Positions 41,001-55,451 are shown, counted from the first letter of the stretch. The stretch: 64,000 nucleotides of DNA from Botryllus schlosseri (GCA_051294905.1 CM119371.1:37326001-37390000); one strand, 5' to 3'. The notes: a model not told the origin generated them from the letters alone. Made by a program: numbers and translations.

Positions 41001-41485
41001 TCGCTGCGGCGTGTGTGCAATCTTTCGCCGTTTTGCCTCTGCCATGACTGCACTATTGTTGCTCCGAAGCATAAACTACTGCTATCGACTGCGAGGCATT
41101 CAAAGAACACGTGTTACAGTACTACTAATGACTCATCAACACACAACGCGCTTGTACAGAACCACAACCGCTACTAACAGACTCTACCTCAGCAAAACAG
41201 ACTTTCAATTTAGTAAAGCGAAGCTCCCGAATCCGAGTCAGCTGTTGCAGTAATCAGTGAAGCTTAGCCGATTACCCAATCAAGAACCGTGGTTTCGTGA
41301 TTGCCCGCCTCTGCTGTCGGTTGCCCGCCCACTCTTCAACAACGACTTTCAAACGCATTTAGACAAATGTTAGCGGCTTTCCTGGGAGCTTCTTTCAAGC
41401 CCATTATTGTTTTTTAACAATAATCTAAAGAATAAGCGATGGACACGCAGAATTCCAAACATTTTCCAAATTTTGAACAACCCTA
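38045..41485 (-). mobile_element. Full-length hAT-superfamily DNA transposon (hATm-like), 3441 bp
   Basis: 141-bp TIRs (38045-38185 and 41345-41485, 3 mismatches by eye) starting TAGGGTTGTTC; perfect 8-bp TSD ATAAGCAC (38037-38044, 41486-41493); internal transposase. Confidence 0.93.
38741..41072 (-). pseudogene. Disrupted hATm-like DDE transposase
   Basis: Intact core motifs HWDGK, FDTTASN, ACRHH (CxxH), HHARWM, NDAAERGVK in the 494-aa ORF. N-terminal part is broken by TAG at 40668-40670 (DDLD*LWDIG) and frameshifts near 40320 and 40205; repair gives APKNIMKNTHVSQALDRLQVTDNDATML. Confidence 0.85.
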
Positions 41486-44400
41486 ATAAGCACGGATCGT
41501 GTGTGTGTGTGTATCATGAGCATACGCCTATAGGAGTATGTGCCGCAAAAACATAAAGAACAAAAATAAAACACGTTCCATTCCTATTCCTGTTGTGCGA
41601 GTCACACCATTGACGTAAACTAAAATGTAATAAGTGCCAGGACGAGTTTGACAACTGGATATTTTGCAGCTTTTCGTAATTAGATTGGAATTTGAATGAT
41701 AGCTACACTGATTTTTCAAAATTTGATTAAAATCAGAATCGCTTAGTTCTCATAAATTTGTAATTTACTTAAATTCCATACTAGAAAAAATACAACAAAA
41801 TCCAGTTCAGTTTAGATCAAGTCAGATGTAATTCTCATATGAATAAAAACGGCCAATACCCAGCTTGACTCGTTCCGCACTATACAGTTCGATTGGCATT
41901 ATAATTCTAGCGGGGAAACATTTCACAAATTAGCACAGATAATTACCTTACCTGAATTTCACTGTAAAGAGCCAAGTTGAATAATCAGAACAATATAGTT
42001 TCTCAAGTCTAGCCCACTGTTCAAGACGTAATATGCGAATATTTACGAATTCCATTAGGCTGTCGAAGGAATCCGAATTGGCATCAGAGGAGTATCGGGT
42101 GCAACCGACATAGAAAATTCTGAAATGCTCAAATGCTACATCAAAAACGTGATCTATACGCGATTACAGTAATGTTCAAATATCCCAATATCACAGTTGT
42201 GCATAAAAGATGGAGGCAACTGCTGTTTCGTCATCGCTTCACTCTTGCATTCTGTATTCCGTAGCTCAGTGCTTTTCAACCTGTGGGATGGTACGCACTT
42301 GTGCGAATAAAAAAAATTTGCAGTGCATATGACGAAGGTGGGGCGAATGGTGCGGATGAAAATCCGGATGAGTATGAGTGCGGATGAAAATTGTGCATAA
42401 CTGTTAATTTTTTGACGTGACATAATTCAAACACATCTAATAGGAAATTCAAGTGCAGTGGCTCCCTAACTTTTGTAGTTGCGACGCAATTGTCAAAACT
42501 TGTTTGACTTACGACGCACCAACAATGCTCCCTTTAAGCCGCGCGCGTGCGTGGCTGCACTACGCAGCGAATAAATATTTGCGCACTACAAATATGACGC
42601 AATCAAAAGCCAGACATTTTTTCGACGTTTCGCATACTTTTAGGGATTAATCGGAGGCAACTTTTGCCGTAAATTGCAGGAAATTGCAAAATTGCATGAA
42701 GAAGTAACTACGCGACTAATACACATTATAAAATATGTTGTAGTGGCGAGATAGCGTAGTGGTATAATCCACAGATCCAACACCAATGGGTTGCGGGTTC
42801 AGTGTATCAGCACATCTGAGCCGGCGACGGGCTGGAAAAATGATGTCAAATTGACGTTCTAGCTTTCTTTCGCTGAACAATCATCATATTTTCGTAATAG
42901 CAGTTCGATTAGCGCGAGGCACGAAAAAAGAAGTAAATACCATCATTACACAGATACACACTAACATTTGCAAGTTATTGAAGTATGGGTCGCCAAGAGT
43001 ATAATTTCGGGTCGACGCGTGCCAGAGCGATTTGTGAATATGTACGTAATATTTGCTGAATGGGTTGCAAAAAAATTCCTGCGGATAGTTTTTGCATATT
43101 CAAGGTTGCTGTGTGGGGTACTATAGTCAATAAACGAGACAAGCAGAAAATATGGCTTGATCATGAAAATGTGCCAACCTTCGGTTTGAATTCATGATAA
43201 GATTTGTCCGACTGGTATCTTCGGAAAACATGGTCGAAGACCGTTGGGATGAACCGGCGTAGGGGTGTGCAACAAACGAGTTCAGGCCTATGAGAATGAG
43301 ACACATTCATTTCGAGGCCAAACCCTTCTGCGTCGGGGCACATGAAGACGTAAAGTTTTGGCAAATATAACGATGATAAAATGCGATGCCAAAAACATCA
43401 GCATCGACAAAACCTTGGCCAAAAATGACCGTCGCTGGTTGGTCAAAACTTTCGATATGGATATGCTGCGTTGTCGAAATTGTCGGCAGTCGGCACCTAA
43501 TAGTCCCGTTCTCGCAATATGCGTAGACAGTAGTACAAATTCGACGCGCAGATGAATTTAATTCACCCTAACATGAAGTCGCTTGCGTCAAATATGTTTC
43601 GTAGAGCTGTGTGGGGTAGCCTACAATCGCGGTGTGCACATTCTGTATGCCATACATGTCCGTAGTATCGCAGCATATAACTGTAATAATAAAAATGCAT
43701 TCTTTTTCATGCGTGAAGCTCGGGTCGCGAGATGCCACAAAATCTCAGATTTTCGTCGTGGTCTAAAAGCTGCTTTAAGATTATTGAAGTGTTATGAACT
43801 TTCAAGCTAGAGTGAGCTAAAAAGTCGAACACACGGTATCGTGGCTCCCTTTGCTCATTCTCATTTATTCGCGAGACAGAAAATGGGAAATCGAAAAAAA
43901 AAAACAGAACATGAGCTGGAGAACCGTAATACAGTTTATTAATATATTCATTTATGAAGGAAAACCCGAACTGACTCGTCAGGGGTAATCGTCATCAACT
44001 TTAGTATCAAAAGAACCTCGTATATCAACAATCGTATCGTAAAATGGCATCAACGGCATAAAAATTAGATTAATCAGGCAAACATGAGGCTCGATGTACG
44101 ATTTTTACAATTTACACCAACTCCTTCTGTTGGTACAAACCAGATTGGCGGATTTTGATGAAATTTAAAACCTAGAACGACTCAATTAAAAAATTCTAAG
44201 CAAGAGCATGAACTTCTCACTTTTCAAAACTCGCATCCACAACTAGAAGTACTCCTTTTTCAAATATCGCAACTAGAAGGGTGGCGAGAGAGCGTGGGGA
44301 GTGGTATAAACCACAGCTGCAACACCGATACGCTCTTAGAAATATTCGTAGATTTACAGAAATTATACTGGTAAATTTTCATCCCGTCAGTTATATTAAC

Positions 44401-44486
44401 GGTAAATGCCCGTTAAATTAGTATACGGGCACGTCAAAAGTAATTTTACTTGTTTTAATAGGGTAAAAAAATTACAGATTAAATTC

Positions 44487-44610
44487 GTGGAAGCAATTTA
44501 CGGGATAACCAGTATTTCAGATTTACTTTTGGATTTGTAAAAGCAATTTGCTGGATAATCAGTATTCCATATTTACTTTTGCATTCGTAAAAGCGATTTA
44601 CTGGATAATC
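44487..44610. repeat. 50-bp tandem repeat, about 2.5 copies
   Basis: Units start at 44487, 44537 and 44587 (GTAAAAGCAATTTGCTGGATAATCAGTATTCCATATTTACTTTTGCATTC). Confidence 0.8.
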
Positions 44611-45291
44611 ATTATTTGCAACATTGCTATTGCATTTACAATTGGGTCATTTTACACGTTTACGGTATTATTATGGACATATATATGTGATTATCGTTAT
44701 TACATCATGTTTCAATCATCAAGCAAATTACGACATCGATGGCCGTGCTGAATGTCAATCATAATCTGTGAATGATATCCGAACGTTTGGGCATTGCAGA
44801 TACCATCGTTTATACTGCTTTATAAATAGCATCCTTTGAGACATCAAGGTCTAGCAATGATAGCATGCCAAGTGAATTTGGTATATTATGTATAGTTTTA
44901 CTGCAGGTATGAGTTTTTGTGTAATTATCTGCTGGACCAGTTCTGCCACCATTGTAGACACCTTAACGCATGTAAGACGCAAACTATATATCCAAGCACT
45001 GGAGCTGGTGTATAGCGGCCATGCTTCCTTGCCATTGCGACGAGAGTAGTAGGGTATACGTCCTTTACCTTTTTCCTGCGAATGGCCGTATGAAATGATT
45101 GATCATGAATTCGTAGTTGCTCGACCGAACAGTACATTGTGACGTCAGACATATTCCAGACCTAGCGGCGTCAGACGTCAGACATATCTGAGTCTGAGCC
45201 TGAGCACGTGCGGCTGAATGTTCCGAGATAGATATTATGGCGACGCGATGTTTTCGTATTGAATATATTAACAAGATGCGTTGCTGTAAGA

Positions 45292-47245
45292 CAGTGGTTC
45301 TTAACCTATTTTCCTCCAGCACCCCCTTTCAAAAATTATCGTGCTCCAGCGCCCCCACCTCATAATGTAAGGACTATAATAAAGAGAATGGGTAAAAGGG
45401 AGGGCCGTAACAGAACTTCGTCAGCCCTCCTAAAAACGATTGTCTTGCGCAATCATAGCGTGATAAACCAAACCTCGTGAGGGTTTCGCCCCAAAGAAAC
45501 CCATTGCGTGATTTCGATGGTCAGCAAAGTTTTTATGGCCTGGTCGCCCTAGGCGCCAACATTTTCAATAATACATGGATGAATAGGTAGTAGTTGCATA
45601 TATATGTCGCTATTAACTTTTTGTCCTCTTATCACACGTAATCAAATTTACCAGTAGCGCTGAGTGAGCTGTTGGATAGGAAAATGAAGGTCAGGTAATT
45701 AATAATTGAACATATTCGGGCGTGCCTATTGGTACAGTTAATTCATTGCAAGTTGTTATTTTGTGACCTCTTGTCCGCTATATAGTCAAAAGATATTGCA
45801 ACGCATAAACGTATTAAACTAAAGTAAGCACACGATTCAAAATTGGTATTTCTTCACTGGCAAATAATTTCCTTTGATGGATGTTATTTGTCCTGTGGGG
45901 TGCAGATTGCGACGACATGATAATTCGGCACGAGCGATTTAAGCACCTATGGACAAGTGGACTTATATACATCGTAGTTTACGGTCAACATAAGGACAAT
46001 CCTTTTCGGCTTAGGTTATCTCGCTAACGATCTTTTTGACACACTTCTCGGAGTCCCATATTGACCGGAACTTCATATGTGTTCGTGCATCATGGCGTGG
46101 TAATAGCCGACGTCGAAATGCCTATTTCTATTTTCTATAATTATGCGTATTATTCCGTGGGGAAGTCTGCAAAACATGATGTGTAATTTATGTTCATGTT
46201 CATTCACTGAAATAATTTGGGGCACCATTCGAGCTCACCAATTGGTGGTTTGGGTTGCAGTATAGTTTCGATCCTGGTAAGAAGTCAAATAAGTCCAGTC
46301 GGTCCTCTCGGGACTTCGGTATAGGAAATATTTCGCGCTCAAGGACCATTCGACTATAATAAACCATATAATAATTGTGTGTGGTATATTCAGGGTCAAA
46401 TCAAGGTTGTTATAAAGGCAATCGGGGACGGTCACATACGCAGTGGTTCGAACCATCCCGAAGTCACATCTGATATTGGCAATCCGGGGAAATTAATGAT
46501 ATTGGATTTTGTCTTAGTGCTTTGTGTAACTGTAAGTAAGTCAACTGAGAATGGGATGCATATATCTTCTTACATTGAATTAAGTACCGTACCCAGTTAT
46601 TAATTTTAACATGATTGTATTCCAAACAAAGCAACACACATTATATAACTTTCATGTGAGGTTGTGAACCCCAACACTAGATAATATCATCTTTTATGAT
46701 ACGATGAAGAAATATTCTGACGATTTAATAATGTAGCTCTCAAATACAAGTATATCTAGTTCTTTATTTCGTGCACAAAGCTTCAAAACTTATTTTCTGT
46801 ACAAGGGGCTCTCACTTTCAAAAGTGATATACAGTGCCTCCTTCGATTTTCGCACGCTGTGCGCTGCGGGATATAATACCTAATTCTAAACATTTTGTTG
46901 AAAATGACCTTAGCAAGCGTGTCGGCATTGTTTTAACGGGAAATCGGCGATGTAAAAGTACGCCCAATTGTTTTTACATGAATTATCATAACCCACTACA
47001 TTTATGAAAACATATGTAGCAAACATCGTCGCGTAGCGCGACCAAACATTTCGGGATTAGACATGTTTTGTGGAATGTTAATTTGCTTTGAATACTTATT
47101 AAGGATATTTCCTACTACCACATCATCTACTGCAAAGCCATTTTTCTTCAGCGCCCCCCACATCGCCCCCCTGAGCCAAGCGCCCGCGATATCGCCCCCT
47201 GAGCGTTTCCGCCCCCTTCGAAATCGGCAAGGTTAAGAACCACTG
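45292..47245. mobile_element. Non-autonomous composite hAT element, 1954 bp
   Basis: TIRs CAGTGGTTCTTAACC / GGTTAAGAACCACTG; TSD CTGTAAGA/CTGTAAAA. Confidence 0.88.
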
Positions 47246-47653
47246 CTGTAAAATATTGAGGGTTTCGTAGCCACAGCTTAACTTTAGCTTTAGAATATTG
47301 CAGGTGTTGATAGCAGATAATGTAGGTATAGCAGTATCCGAGCTCAAACCTGGCAAGTTATTCTCAACCCTGTTTCTGAAGACGTATGTATTTTCGTTAC
47401 AGTTTAATGGTGAACAGAAGCTATGGCTAATAAGGACGTATTACATTTTCTGACATTGAAATACACGAAAATGGAAGCGTTATGGCATTATGAATCATGA
47501 AGTCGAATGCTTATGTGATAGAAAGGGATCATTTCGCCTCTCGCTTCTAGCACGATGCCGTGCGCAATACATTGGAAGTGCGATGCAAAGGAATATTACC
47601 AGAAAAGTTTGCAATCACGCTGCAAAAGATTATTCAGGTACGAAGTCCTAGGC

Positions 47654-48539
47654 CAGGGGTATCAAACTCAACTTGCGTCGCTGGCCGGATTCAAACTTTC
47701 AAATCGCTCGCGGGCCGGATCAGTCAAATGATTTCAATATGTTACCTTAAAATGCCCGCCCTTGCTTTTCGCGTGAATACTTCATTATCAATCCTGTATA
47801 CATTTTGGTATATTACATAACATTGACGATGATATGGCTATATTCTACCAACACCTTTACTCGCAAACAAAGGAATTTCGGCAAAAATTGGAAGATTGAT
47901 CGTTTGAATTCAACGGCTAAAACACTGACTCTAGCGTCGGAATAAGTTGGCAAATGTCTATGCACTCTTTGTTTTAGTCGTAATCAGCCGTTAACTCGGC
48001 GTATGCGCTTTGAGGGACACAAGTGATTTAATCGTAAACGCAGACGTTAGAATTTGGCTCATTATCATTAATCGTCATTCCGGTTTATCTGTCCGTCTGG
48101 GACCTTTTGAGTCAGAAGTGATACAGCGGTGCGATCAAATATATTTGAACTGTAGTTTTTGTTACTATTATATCCTCCATGCGACCTGCATATAACAGTT
48201 TTGCTTTCGCTTTTTCGCTTCGCGAATAACTACTTTCTGGCTCATTTTTTCATAAAAATCTGAACTCAGTGTGCACTTTTTTGAATTTTGGGAATTGGAT
48301 GTCAGTATCACCAACTTGTTTCTGATGGTTACTAGAGTAAAACCGTAACACCGATGTCGGATAATTATAATGCGACCTATGATCTTGTCATTCGTGACCT
48401 TTCGGGAAGTGTTTCTTACAATAATATCTCAACATTTGTTATAAAAATGTGCTAGTAATTCAAGGGTTTTTCAAACTTCTCAGAATTGCTTCGCGGGCCA
48501 GATGAAATCGTGTGACGGGCCGTATGTTCGACACCCCTA
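47654..48539. mobile_element. Non-autonomous hAT (Charlie-like) element
   Basis: Ends CAGGGGTATCAAAC / GTTCGACACCCCTA; TSD TCCTAGGC/TTCTAAGC; GCGGGCC subterminal motifs. Confidence 0.75.
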
Positions 48540-51500
48540 TTCTAAGCCATCATTATTCGAGAAATTGACATGAATATGAAAAGTCGCAGTAAGTCATACT
48601 ATAGCGTCTCAAAATTTCCAAATTGTAACTGTGTTGATGACTGCATAATCTTTTTTCAGATTATAGAAGATACAATAGAGCATGGCCCAAAGTACAGTTC
48701 TTCTACTGCTGATAAAGATGTGATGAAGTCCTTTTCATTCAGGCGGTTGCTGACTGATGATCTTCACAAGAAAGACTGGATTTTCGTCATCAGCCTTATC
48801 ACTTACTTTTCTTTATTCACGTGTTCCCGCAACAGATAAACCTGATTCAGATTTAATGGTATCAGGAACGTAAAACTGCTGCAAGGGACCAGACAAGTAT
48901 ATTGATGTTACAGCAGAATAGTGTTACCTTTAGTTAGGGAAATTTTACGTAAACTTTTCTAAGGCGAGCATGTGTAAAATCATATTCCAGGGAGAGTTAT
49001 TTCGAATTCACTGGTCTCGTGAGTGTAAAACTGCTGCACTGGACCAGACCAGCTATCAACCTTGGAAAATTGAAACTCATTGAAAAAGAACTGACTAGAA
49101 TAAACTCATCAGCTCATTTTCCTTTTGTCGGAATCGGATCGATCTTCCTGATCTGTATATGTTGGAAATGACAGGGGTTTCTGTCCCCAAACCCAACCTT
49201 TGACTAGGCCACTGTTAATTGTGATTACTCTTAACTATCACGATTTTCAATGCGTAGCTGAATATAGAATATGAACTACTCGCTTTTTAAAATCCGCAGC
49301 TAGGACCATAATTACTAAAGAGCAGTAGTTGGTCGTTGAACAAGTAAATAGATTGGAAGTTTGCACAAGTCGGCATATTATGAGAGCCGTCTCGGCTACG
49401 ATGACTGTCGAAATGCCGGCCCGATGGCACCGGATCGGAAATCCAAAATTAATTTTGAATATGAATATGAGCCTGAAATTAGGAACGCGATATGGATGTG
49501 GAAAAGAAATTTGTAGTAACTTTCTATTTTCATGAGACTTTTTGATAAAATTTTGGATACGATACCAAATTAAACATGGATTTTATTTTTATTTTAATCT
49601 GAAATGCGGCGAAGGATTCGGATTTTTAAATTTGAAATACGCTCGCCCCTGCCTCTGACTATCAAGATATCAAGGAATTTCCGATTGCGTTCCGGATACC
49701 TTTCTCGAATATGGGAAACCACGTTGTGCCATTTTGGCTGCATAGCGTATAGTTGGCGTAAACCGGTGTTTCCCATGAATGACGTATGCGATGAATTTCT
49801 ATATTTTTCGAAATTACTGACTCCTATTTATGATGACAAGGTAACTTTCGAATGCGTTGGTAATTCATTATAGGAATATATCCAACGTTGCGAAGATCGT
49901 TCAGTGTTGTGTTGATGTGTGCAGAGCGTTCAGAGTTGAGCATAAGACAGGAAAAAATGTGGTAGCAGCTGCATCGATGCTTGTCATTCGGCGAATGGGT
50001 TTGCGGGGATATTCGACCGCATTCGCATGGTTCCGTGTTTTAGTACAACACGATCCCAGATTTTTGCTTTCTTGCGCATGACCTGAGAAGGAAAAGTGAT
50101 TTCCAATCATCAGTATAGAACTGTGAACCTTTCGGACCCGCGAATTAATTCATATTCTCAGTTCATGTTCTACATCAGGAATCCCGAACATGGAGACCAT
50201 GAGACTTCTTCGGAGACATCAAATTCTCAGTTCTAGTTCCGCTACGGGGTTGCAAAACTGGGATACATGAGCCTCGACTTTAGCACACGAAATAAATTTC
50301 TATATAATAAAAATGCTAGTACAGCAGTAAGCTATTTCTCTATGTTGAGTTTAGTTCCCTCCTTCCTCCACTAACCAGCCATTGCTACATTGTCAGAGTG
50401 TATAAAAGCTCAATCATCAGATTAAGTGAATGTGTATCAATTAAATATTGTTCCATACTATTCTGCTATTGTGCTTTGCATTTATATCATTTTAGTATTT
50501 TAACTACCGGTTAGTCCTACCGTATATTGCAATTTCCTAATTAAAATGCCGTTTCCCAATTTTTCAACCAGTTGAAAAAATAAGGGACATTGATATTTCA
50601 AACTTTTCAAAGGAGGCGACGATGTAAAAAGTTGTTGGGAGACCTTGTGCTACAGCATTGAATCGGAACTACTTGAGGTGCACGGTTTTGGTATAAACCA
50701 AGGTAGGCTGCCCATTGAGTGATCCTGATGGCATGAATCGTATTTTAAGACCCCGAGATACATTAGGCACATTTAATTTTCTTCAAATTTGGCTATGTAC
50801 TGATTAAAGCATGCCTGCGCGGTTCAACAGCAACAGATTTCAACTACCTGCACTATTTTTTCACCAAACTATTTTCAATTTTCGAAGTTGAGTTTCTCCA
50901 ATTTTTTAAATTTTTGAAAGTTTTTGTATCAGAAGGCCTTCAGTCCTGATCAAACTTGGCTTAGTACTAGCAGTAAGACTGTTCTATCTGCTAAATCTAT
51001 CGTTTTTGTCAAAGTAGTTATAGTTTACCGACTATGCTACTTATGATCTGCACTTTATGAAATATAAAATCGAACATTCGGCGCCGTACTGGTACCAAAC
51101 GAAAATTTCGGAAATATTGCCGAAAAATTGGTATTTTCAAGCATTTCAGCATGTGCTTAGAGGTCTCAAAAGACTTTATAAAGCATTGCTTAGAATTTCT
51201 CAGCATCCCGCGATGGGACAGGATTTTCCTCGTGCTAACTGTCCGAATCGCCACCCTCCCCCAAATTTGGGCCCGAGGAATTATTGCGAAATGCTGAAAT
51301 TTCGCAATATGGAGTTAATTAGAATAGCTTACATACCAATTTTTAAGAATCTAGGATCGATAGTGCACGTAATATTGCAATTTTAAATTTTGCGTTCCAC
51401 AGTAGTACCTTAGGGCCTTAAGCGGACGGTATACCATTTTTTCAAACTCAGTGCCAAAGAAACCATACACTCGGAAGTCGTCTAGATACCGCTCCGTAGT

Positions 51501-51818
51501 TATGCTCCGGCATATTTGATAGGTGTATGATACTTGAAATTTTCTTTAATTGGGACAACGTTACAACAGATCGAACGCATTTGCCCTATGGCGAAAAAAG
51601 ACTCTCGGCCGATAAGAGGCAACAGTGAAATTAAAACCTGAACGGTTTAAGTCAATGGTCTTCCAATTACACTCAATCTGGACAGCGATCTTAGGCGTTG
51701 ATTTGATAACAAATACATTATTATCAATAATAGTACTATTTGACTCAACGTGTAGTGGCGCTTATCGCCTTCTTAAGGCTTTGTGCACCACGAAACGATA
51801 TTTTGTAATGTTCATAGC

Positions 51819-53310
51819 CAATGTTCCCTCTAATTTTTCACGAGTCTGCGCAAACACGTCAATTAACTGCGCAGGTCCTTGGACAACGGTACGCAACCAG
51901 CCTCTATAGGGTGATAAAACGAACTCTTATGGGGGGGCTTCGCCCCTCAGACCCCCTCGGGCTCTGCGCATTTTCCCGGTACTTATCATCTACTTTGGGG
52001 GGCCATTGGTGGTCGTGTCGCCTGAACGCGCGAAGCGCGAAAAAATTATATAATTCATGCTTGAGTCGGTCAATGTCATGGGGAATCGCATATATATGCT
52101 ATCAATTTTTATCCTCTCTCTGCTCACATATTCATATTTACCGGTAATAGAGCTGATCGAGTGAGGTGCGTTGGAATAGATGACCCATCTAAATAATAAT
52201 AAAACACCTTCGGGCGAACCCATTGGCATAATGACTTCGTTACATGATGCTATTTCGTGACCTCCTATCTGCTATGTCAAAAATGTAGAAATCGCCAAAA
52301 CGTACTAAACTAAAATACGTAGGCTACACAATTTCAAATTGGTATTTCTTTACTGGCAAATAATGCTCCCTCGATATGGCATTTGTCTTGTTGTGGGACT
52401 CGTATCGCCAGGACAGGAACATTCGGCGCCAGCCATTTAGGCGCCTATGGATAATTAAACGTATCGAAGTTTTCGGTCAGCACAAGCGCAGTCCTTTTCG
52501 GCCAAGATTTGCTCGCTGCTGATCGTTCTGGCGCACTTCTCGGAGTCGCATGTTACATAGCCTATAACTTCATGTCTTGGCGCGTCGTGGTGCGGTAATA
52601 GCCGACGCTGAAGTGCCCATTTCTATAAATCATGCGCATTTTTTGTTGGGAAAGGGTACCCAATAATCAAGATATCTGACAATATTAAATCGCGCGTTAC
52701 GCGAATCTTTTTATTTTAAAATTAAAAAAAAAAATAAACCATGATTTTTGTTAATTCGCAAAATAATTTTGGTTCCCCTTCGAGCTCGGCCCCTCCAATT
52801 GGGGGTTTGGGTGGGGCAGTTACGGTCCTAACGCAAGGTTAATGCCACGCGGAGAAGACTATTCGTTAGTTTCTCGCAGATTAACTTCGAGCTAGCCCAT
52901 TGTTATTTATAACTTTATTAAACCATGTTATTTCGCCATTCCTAGAATATAATGCGCTATTGAAATGGCATCATTATCGCTCACGCGCACGAGACCATAC
53001 TAAAAAAAATCCCTTTCGTAAGGCGCACGTGATTGCAAATTCTCATTTCTTTACGGAGCGCAATATTTACCTTTGCGGGCCGCACTTGTACCTCGGTTTC
53101 AGACATTAGTGATAACACTATTTGCCCCTGGCAATCTTCCCTCTAATTTTTAACGAGTATGCGCGCCTGCGTGGTCCATTAGACAACAGTGCGCAGCGAC
53201 TAAAAAAAAGAATCACTTCGCATTTTTTGTGCGCAGCTTAGATTTTCTGTGCGCAGAGACCGTTTCAGCACTGCGCATTTGCGCCCGTGCGCAGCTTAGG
53301 GGGAACATTG
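51819..53310. mobile_element. Composite CAATGTTCCCTCT-ended hAT element (inverted sister of 7053-8451)
   Basis: TIRs at both ends and full-length colinearity with 7053-8451; TSD degenerate (5/8). Confidence 0.8.
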
Positions 53311-53431
53311 TTCCGAACGTATTTGACCCTCATACTCTTGTTGACGATTTTCATTCTTTCTCTTAATCAATCATTGGTCTCTATCGCTCTGATGCGTCCT
53401 AGTCGTGGTCTCTGCTGCGGACTTGTAGCAC

Positions 53432-54255
53432 GAGAGAGAGAGAGAGAGTCTTTATTTTCATCGAACCAAAATACATAACAAACGGCAGTGATGGTGGTAC
53501 AGAAAATATGCGTGCACAGTATTCGGTATTAGATAGGAATGATCGATAAGACCGTGAAGGTCATCCAGTCTGATCACACCAGCATCAAACAGGTACACTT
53601 GACTATGAACAGTCTGGCTGTAAAAAAATGTTTAGTTAAGAAAAGAAAATAGAAAAAAAAATCAAACAATGGTAGCAAATGATCAATGAAGCAATGTCTG
53701 GGCGAGGTAGAGCAACAGTGTTAGTGTAACGACAAGAAGTGATCAAGCAGGGCTTTTTTGAATCTATTATAAGGCAATTCACGGATATGTGGTGGTAATG
53801 CATTCCAGATGATAGGTCCCGAGTAGTCGCTAGATCTCTTAGTTAGGTTGCTATTGGGTGGGGGTAAGTAGATGTTTCCTTTAGACGAGGATCTCGTGTA
53901 ATGGGAATGGACATGTTTAGCAGGTATGAAAAAGTCATCAAACACAGGAGGCAGACTATTGGAAAAATATTTGTGAACAACTTTTGATACTTCGAAGCGA
54001 TATAGTTCATCAACTAGCAAAATTCGATGCTTACGGTAGTAAGGCGATAAATTGGTACGTAAAGGTACAGATGAGATCAGCCGTATCGCACGGTTTTGCA
54101 GGGTTCGAATTCTGCACAAAAATGTTGTGCATGCATTTCCCCATACTACGATTCCATATTGCAGATGAGAGTGGAAAAGAGAGAAGTAGATGGTTCGTAG
54201 TACTGATCTGGAAACCAAAGATTGGAGACGGGTCATTATTCCCACACACGACTCT
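53432..54255 (-). mobile_element. 5'-truncated CR1/L2-group LINE (ORF2 C-terminus, 3' UTR, (TC)n tail)
   Basis: ORF 53721-54263 carries YFSLFHSHLQYGIVVWG..LQNRAIRLI..YSGPIIWNALP, a typical CR1/L2-group post-RT region; tail AATAAAAGAC(TC)n. Confidence 0.88.
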
Positions 54256-55451
54256 CGGTCCACCTTAAGTTTGGGCTTTTCAATGCACTATATTAGTAGT
54301 GAGTTCGGCGATGAGGACCCCAGAGAAACTTTCGACACGTAGAAGGTGATTAGAACTGGTATTACAATCCATCAATCTGTGTCGTGACTGCAGCGTTTAT
54401 CCAAATGCGTCACTCGCTTCCCCCATACCGAACGCATAATTTCGTGTAGTTGTGTATGTAGTCTTAAAACCAGTAGAACCTGTTTGCTCGTGTTGGAGAG
54501 TTCTGAAAGAAATACTGAAAACCCGAGCAGTGAGAGAACGCCGTACTAAGAAAAACGTTAGTTAACACAAAGAGCTGAAAATCGATAAAAACTATTTGCG
54601 TTCCGACTTCATTTCAATTGTCAGAGAGCTAGAGTTTTTGTAAAGAGTCAGGTGAATCATCTCGAACACCTGTTTTTTGCTACCTAGTGAATACTTTATA
54701 AGAGTTTACCTTTGTGTGTTCACTAATCGGAGACAAACGGGATGTACGGACATTATCTCAATGAGTGCCGTTCCACTTGAGTTAGCCTACCATCTAATTC
54801 TGCCGAAGCAGGGGTTCTCAAATTGGAGGACGCGAATCCGCCTGCGAGAAACGATGCTTCTCGAACTCCGAATGGGTTTAATTTGTGCTGAAACTTCCAA
54901 GTTTTTAACAACTGCAACAATCCCAGTTATAACACGATTTTAAATGTCACCATCCTTACACCGATGCTAGATTTTGACTGATACCGGACCTTGCACCGAT
55001 CAGAAGATGTCTCTAAATTAGAACTAGCTGGTGAATGTGTGTTATAGCTATTGGCTGTTGCTTTTATGGTCTGTCAGCCAAGCATCTGTGTGTAGTGCGT
55101 AGAAAGGGGAAAGTATGAAGAAATATAATATATTTCCTCATCATGTCATATGCAACGTATAATATGCCTCTCGAATTGTGAAAGAAGGATTTGAATCGCA
55201 GTCGCTTGCAACGTCGAAGTAGCTACTACTAGTATACTCAATTAGGACAAATTTTGCAGTGTACCACTTTTAAAGAGCGCATTTTATAACAGCACAAAAG
55301 TACCCGATTGGATTATTCTCTTGCTGAACAACTGCGACCCCTAGAGAAAATTGTTTGAAAAAGTGCCAAATTTGGATTGCGTACTGCCCACGTTATTGGT
55401 TCCTAATTTAGCGTATGATCAGGTACGTTTGAGCTCAAGTAGGTAATAGAA

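Noticed and set aside
48660..48839. Exon-like stretch after ttttttcag on +
   Set aside because: No recognisable motif or convincing partner exons.
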